This document shows positions 60,343 through 64,000 of a DNA stretch of 64,000 nucleotides, in pieces (positions within the stretch are counted from its first letter, which is position 1; each line of letters starts with the position of its first letter). Source of the DNA: a virus (Duplodnaviria; Caudoviricetes); IMG/VR virus record IMGVR_UViG_3300032030_000016; one strand, written 5' to 3'. Below the pieces are notes generated by a model. It was not told the origin of the DNA. It ran no database searches and saw nothing but the letters and a program-made list of their open reading frames with translations. A program made the translations under genes and the position numbers.

Positions 60343-62950
60343 AATTAGTATTGAAAAATATATAAATTTTGACAAAAATGCTCGTTATTATATAGAAACA
60401 GAAGAAAATAATTCAATTTCAAGGTGTAATGTTGAATTATTTGCTGTTAATTATAATAATTTTATTATATCATTATATGATGTTTCTTCAAGAGTTAAGA
60501 AAGTTTTAGCTGATATTCGTATTATATCAAAATTATCTTATGGTGGCTCTATTACTATTAAAGATTATAATGACATTACGACAAACATAAAAATATATTT
60601 TTACATTGGAAGTGAAAATAAAGTACAGACAAAAACGTGTGCTGATGGAACATATCTTCACGCACTTATTTGTCGTTTTGGAACAAATAATACAGAAAAA
60701 GATACAGGTATTTGGTGGGGAAATAATAGCTTTGAGGATGAATTATTAAATTTTGTAAAAAATGTTAAATATATACCAGCAACAAAAGATAATCTTAAGA
60801 CATTGATATATAAATTTGATATTGGTAAAACATATACAAACAGGGAAGAGTTCTCAAGAACTTTATTATATACATACCAACATTACGGTAGAATAAGTAA
60901 TAGTGAAGAAGAGATTTTTGAAACAGAACCGAGTGATGATTATAAAAAATATTATACCAACTTTTATTGGGATGGGTTTGAAGATATAGAATCTTATATA
61001 AATTTCTTTTATAAAGAAATTAAAAGAAAACTCGATGAAAACATAAAATCTCTTTATAATCCAAATATTATTAGTAAGTATATGTTTGAAGGTGAACTTC
61101 AACCTTATAAAGGACAAATACCATTAATACAATCTGGAATTGAGGTGCTTAATCATAATAAAGCTCTTTATTTGTCTGCTGAAATGGGAATTGGCAAAAC
61201 TCCTATTACTACATGGATAATTAATTCTTATTTTAAAGAAAGAAATAAAAATAATTATTCTATTTTGATTGTAGCTCCTGCTATTACATTAACACAATGG
61301 GAAAGTGAAATTCAATCTTGTATTAGAGATAAATGTGATATACATATTATCAGAACAACAGATGATTTTATAAACATATATAAAAAGAAAGTTGAAAAAC
61401 CAACATTTTATATTGTAGGAAAAGAAACATTTAAACTTGATAGCAAAAGAACTGCTTCTGTTTCTTATAAAGAGATTGAATTTCAATACGATGAAGATAT
61501 TGGTTATAGAACTTATCATAAAAAAGCAAAGGGAATATTTGCTATTTGTCCCATTTGTGGTAAACCAATTAAAAATACTTTATCAAATAAAAAGACAGCT
61601 TTTTTGAAAAAGGAAGATTTTGTTGATAATAAACCAAAAAAATCAAATTATAAATGTTCTGAGTGTGGTTCTGTTTTATGGCAAAATACATATGATAAAA
61701 CTAAAAAGACATCTTTGATAAACTATATTAAAGTAAAAAAGATAAATTTCGATTTAGTTGTTGTTGATGAAGCACATGAGGGAAATAAAAGCTCTTCCAT
61801 TATTGGCAATGCCACAAAAACAATTTTGAGAAATTCTAAGAAATGTATTTTATTATCTGGAACAATGAATAATGGATATGCTTCCTCTTTACATAATATT
61901 CTTATGGCTATAGTTCCGAGAAAATTGGAGCAAGATGAATGTTTAAATGTTAGAAATTTTATTTTGAAATATGGAACATTAAAGGCCTCTTTAAATGATG
62001 ATGATGTTAAATATATGACAAGTGGTAAAATTGAATTACCAGAAAGCAGATTTAGCGAAGCTGAAGGTATAAATCCAGTAGTTTTTACTAAATATTTGGC
62101 AGAAAACTTTATTTTTGCCACATTGAAAGATTTGGAAAAAGATTTGCCAGAAGTTGAAACCATTTATGTTCCATTACAACAGGATAGTGATATTGTCGCA
62201 AATACAAATAATTTAATATCACAAATAAAAAGTGTTGACCCTTTTATGTATAAGTTTTATGAAGATTCTGTTATTAAACATTATCTTAATAATCCGTACA
62301 ATTGGGATGTTATAGAAATTAGAAAAAAAGATGATATAAGATGTGTTTATCCAATAAATAGAGAAGTTTATAAACCATCTCCAAAAGAAGAAAAAATTAT
62401 TGAAATATGTAAAAAAGAGAAAGAAGAGAATAGAAAATGTTGGATATATACTGATTTTACAGGTGAGAGTGGTAGTGGTCAATATATGAAAGGAAACAAC
62501 ATCGTTTTTTATTTGAAAAATTCTCTTGAACAAGCTGGATTAAAAGTATTTTGGTTGAAACCAAATGTTCCACCAATTGATAGGAAAGAACTTATTGAAA
62601 AAAATAAAGATAAGTACGATGTATTTATTTCTAATCCAAAACTTGTTAATGTTGGTATTAATATGGCTTGGTGTGGAACTTATATTGTATATATGCCATC
62701 CTATCGTGTTGATGTAATTACACAGGCTACACATAGAGGATATAGAGCCAATTCGCAAATATCTAATAGAATTTACATGTTATTTTATGAAAATACTATT
62801 GAAAATCAAATTAATACAAGATACCAAATGAAATTGGCTGAAAGTTATGCTATTGAAGGAAAATTTGATGTTGAATTGCAAGATGAAAACATCAGGACAG
62901 CATCTGCTTTAAGCAAAAAATTGAACGATATTTTGACACCAATATCTTGA
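60335..62950 (+). CDS. SNF2-like SF2 helicase with Zn-finger insert
   Basis: EMGIGKT, DEAH, LSGT, QATHRGYR; CPIC...CSEC. Confidence 0.85.
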   Translation: MNEISIEKYINFDKNARYYIETEENNSISRCNVELFAVNYNNFIISLYDVSSRVKKVLADIRIISKLSYGGSITIKDYNDITTNIKIYFYIGSENKVQTKTCADGTYLHALICRFGTNNTEKDTGIWWGNNSFEDELLNFVKNVKYIPATKDNLKTLIYKFDIGKTYTNREEFSRTLLYTYQHYGRISNSEEEIFETEPSDDYKKYYTNFYWDGFEDIESYINFFYKEIKRKLDENIKSLYNPNIISKYMFEGELQPYKGQIPLIQSGIEVLNHNKALYLSAEMGIGKTPITTWIINSYFKERNKNNYSILIVAPAITLTQWESEIQSCIRDKCDIHIIRTTDDFINIYKKKVEKPTFYIVGKETFKLDSKRTASVSYKEIEFQYDEDIGYRTYHKKAKGIFAICPICGKPIKNTLSNKKTAFLKKEDFVDNKPKKSNYKCSECGSVLWQNTYDKTKKTSLINYIKVKKINFDLVVVDEAHEGNKSSSIIGNATKTILRNSKKCILLSGTMNNGYASSLHNILMAIVPRKLEQDECLNVRNFILKYGTLKASLNDDDVKYMTSGKIELPESRFSEAEGINPVVFTKYLAENFIFATLKDLEKDLPEVETIYVPLQQDSDIVANTNNLISQIKSVDPFMYKFYEDSVIKHYLNNPYNWDVIEIRKKDDIRCVYPINREVYKPSPKEEKIIEICKKEKEENRKCWIYTDFTGESGSGQYMKGNNIVFYLKNSLEQAGLKVFWLKPNVPPIDRKELIEKNKDKYDVFISNPKLVNVGINMAWCGTYIVYMPSYRVDVITQATHRGYRANSQISNRIYMLFYENTIENQINTRYQMKLAESYAIEGKFDVELQDENIRTASALSKKLNDILTPIS

Positions 62951-62975
62951 CAATTTCTAAAAAATTAGTTATAAT
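62947..62975 (+). promoter_or_regulatory. SigmaA-type promoter
   Basis: TTGACA-N17-TATAAT. Confidence 0.8.
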
Positions 62976-63072
62976 AAATATATATAAAAATTTTATAAAA
63001 GGCAATAAATATATGATATGGATATGACTTAAATAATTTAAAAAAATAAATTTATAAAAAATAAAGGAATGA

Positions 63073-63453
63073 ATGATGAAAAAAATAATAATCATATTTG
63101 TTGTTTTTGCGTTATTATTAACTGGATGTGTACAGGCCGATAGGGTATCTGAAAATATTAGCAAACAAGCGGATAATTTTAATGTTACACCTAGAGTTAC
63201 GGTGTTTAATACACGAACTGATAAAGTCTTGTTGGAAATAATAGGAAATTTTTCAATTAAGCACAGTTCTGGAGATGTTGATATTATTGTAGAAACTGCT
63301 CCCGGTGTTTATAAAAAACATTTCGTGTCATTGAATGACTGGACAACTTATGTTGTAGAAGATATTTCTGGTGCATTTGTAGACAAATATCATTATGAGG
63401 TTAATTTTTTGCCAGAAATGATTGTACCGATAACATTTACACAAAACAGATAA
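63073..63453 (+). CDS. Phage lipoprotein
   Basis: Signal peptide with lipobox LLTGC; ADRVSENISKQADNF and YKKHFV motifs. Confidence 0.8.
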   Translation: MMKKIIIIFVVFALLLTGCVQADRVSENISKQADNFNVTPRVTVFNTRTDKVLLEIIGNFSIKHSSGDVDIIVETAPGVYKKHFVSLNDWTTYVVEDISGAFVDKYHYEVNFLPEMIVPITFTQNR

Positions 63454-63526
63454 AAAAATAATTTGTAAAAAGGTTTAATAAAATTTTGACAATAAATAAA
63501 TAAATAAATAAATGTGAAGGGATATA

Positions 63527-63760
63527 ATGGGAATATTTAGCAAAATAAAAGAAATTACAAAAAGTTCCCATTTTTCTATATGCAAAATTGAAGAAAGTGA
63601 AATAGCAATAGATTTATGGGATTTAAACCAAACATATATAATTGATTTGAATAATAATAATATATATTTTGATACGGTTCATAGTGATACATGTGATGAT
63701 TTTAAATTTATTCAAAAATTTTTATGTTTTTTAGAAGAAAATAAAGGTGATATCATATAA
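63527..63760 (+). CDS. Hypothetical protein
   Basis: 77-aa ORF with AAGGG RBS. Confidence 0.5.
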   Translation: MGIFSKIKEITKSSHFSICKIEESEIAIDLWDLNQTYIIDLNNNNIYFDTVHSDTCDDFKFIQKFLCFLEENKGDII

Positions 63761-64000
63761 TGTTTAAAGAAGGCACTCTTGTTCCAACAAATAGAGGAGT
63801 AATTCCTATTGAGCAATTTGGATTTGCCAGAAAAGAAAGTGAACAATTTGAATGTAAATCAGATATAATGTTAAAAACCTACGAGGGAGATTGGAATAAG
63901 TGTGTTTTTCAAACATATAAAAAAACAAAAGGTATTAAATTTAAAACATCTTCTCATTTTTACATAGAATGTTCAGAAGATCAAAAAGTTCTTACACCAA
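63760..64000 (+). CDS. Partial ORF with intein/Hint-like N-terminus (runs off the window)
   Basis: MFKEGTLVPTNRGVIPIEQ (block A-like) and IECSEDQKVLT (block B-like); not in the ORF track. Confidence 0.6.
   Translation, partial: MFKEGTLVPTNRGVIPIEQFGFARKESEQFECKSDIMLKTYEGDWNKCVFQTYKKTKGIKFKTSSHFYIECSEDQKVLTP

Noticed and set aside
7581-62758. Numerous short minus-strand and alternate-frame ORFs in the track
   Set aside because: They are shadows of long + strand genes, with no RBS or recognisable motifs.
1-64000. Stop-codon reassignment
   Set aside because: Genes are full length and tightly packed under code 11; TAA, TGA and TAG all end genes.
1-64000. tRNA or rRNA genes
   Set aside because: No cloverleaf or T-loop (GTTCGA-type) context recognised in the intergenic regions; not verified with tRNAscan.

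Overview
A 64-kb segment of a large, very AT-rich tailed phage or prophage of a Bacillota (Firmicutes) host, with gene order resembling SPbeta-type siphoviruses. Almost all genes are on the + strand and use the standard genetic code. The order is: a YonO-like single-subunit RNA polymerase and a Zn-ribbon partner; a late block (metallophosphoesterase, two HU-like proteins, terminase, portal, ferritin-like protein, three glycosyltransferases, protease/scaffold, capsid, neck, tail tube); a complete diversity-generating retroelement (tail-fibre-like target with VR, hairpin, Avd, TR, RT); a tyrosine recombinase, holins, a 2.7-kaa tape measure, tail tip and M23/LysM endolysin; then a sigmaA-driven replication block (ThyX-like, SSB-like, AAA ATPase, DnaB, primase, Cas4-like nuclease, DnaE, N6-MTase plus SNF2 helicase). 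The strongest sequence-level signals are: (i) the DGR, a 121-bp TR/VR pair with 17 mismatches, all at TR adenines; (ii) a repeated (T/C)TGCAC-N16-TnnAAT element at three late-gene starts, a candidate promoter for the phage RNAP, whose catalytic loop reads DFDFD; (iii) a three-glycosyltransferase plus ferritin-like cassette inside the head module, a candidate virion-glycosylation system; (iv) a free-standing intein/Hint-like ORF at the right edge that starts with Met instead of Cys. All family calls come from motif recognition and synteny by eye; no database searches were run.
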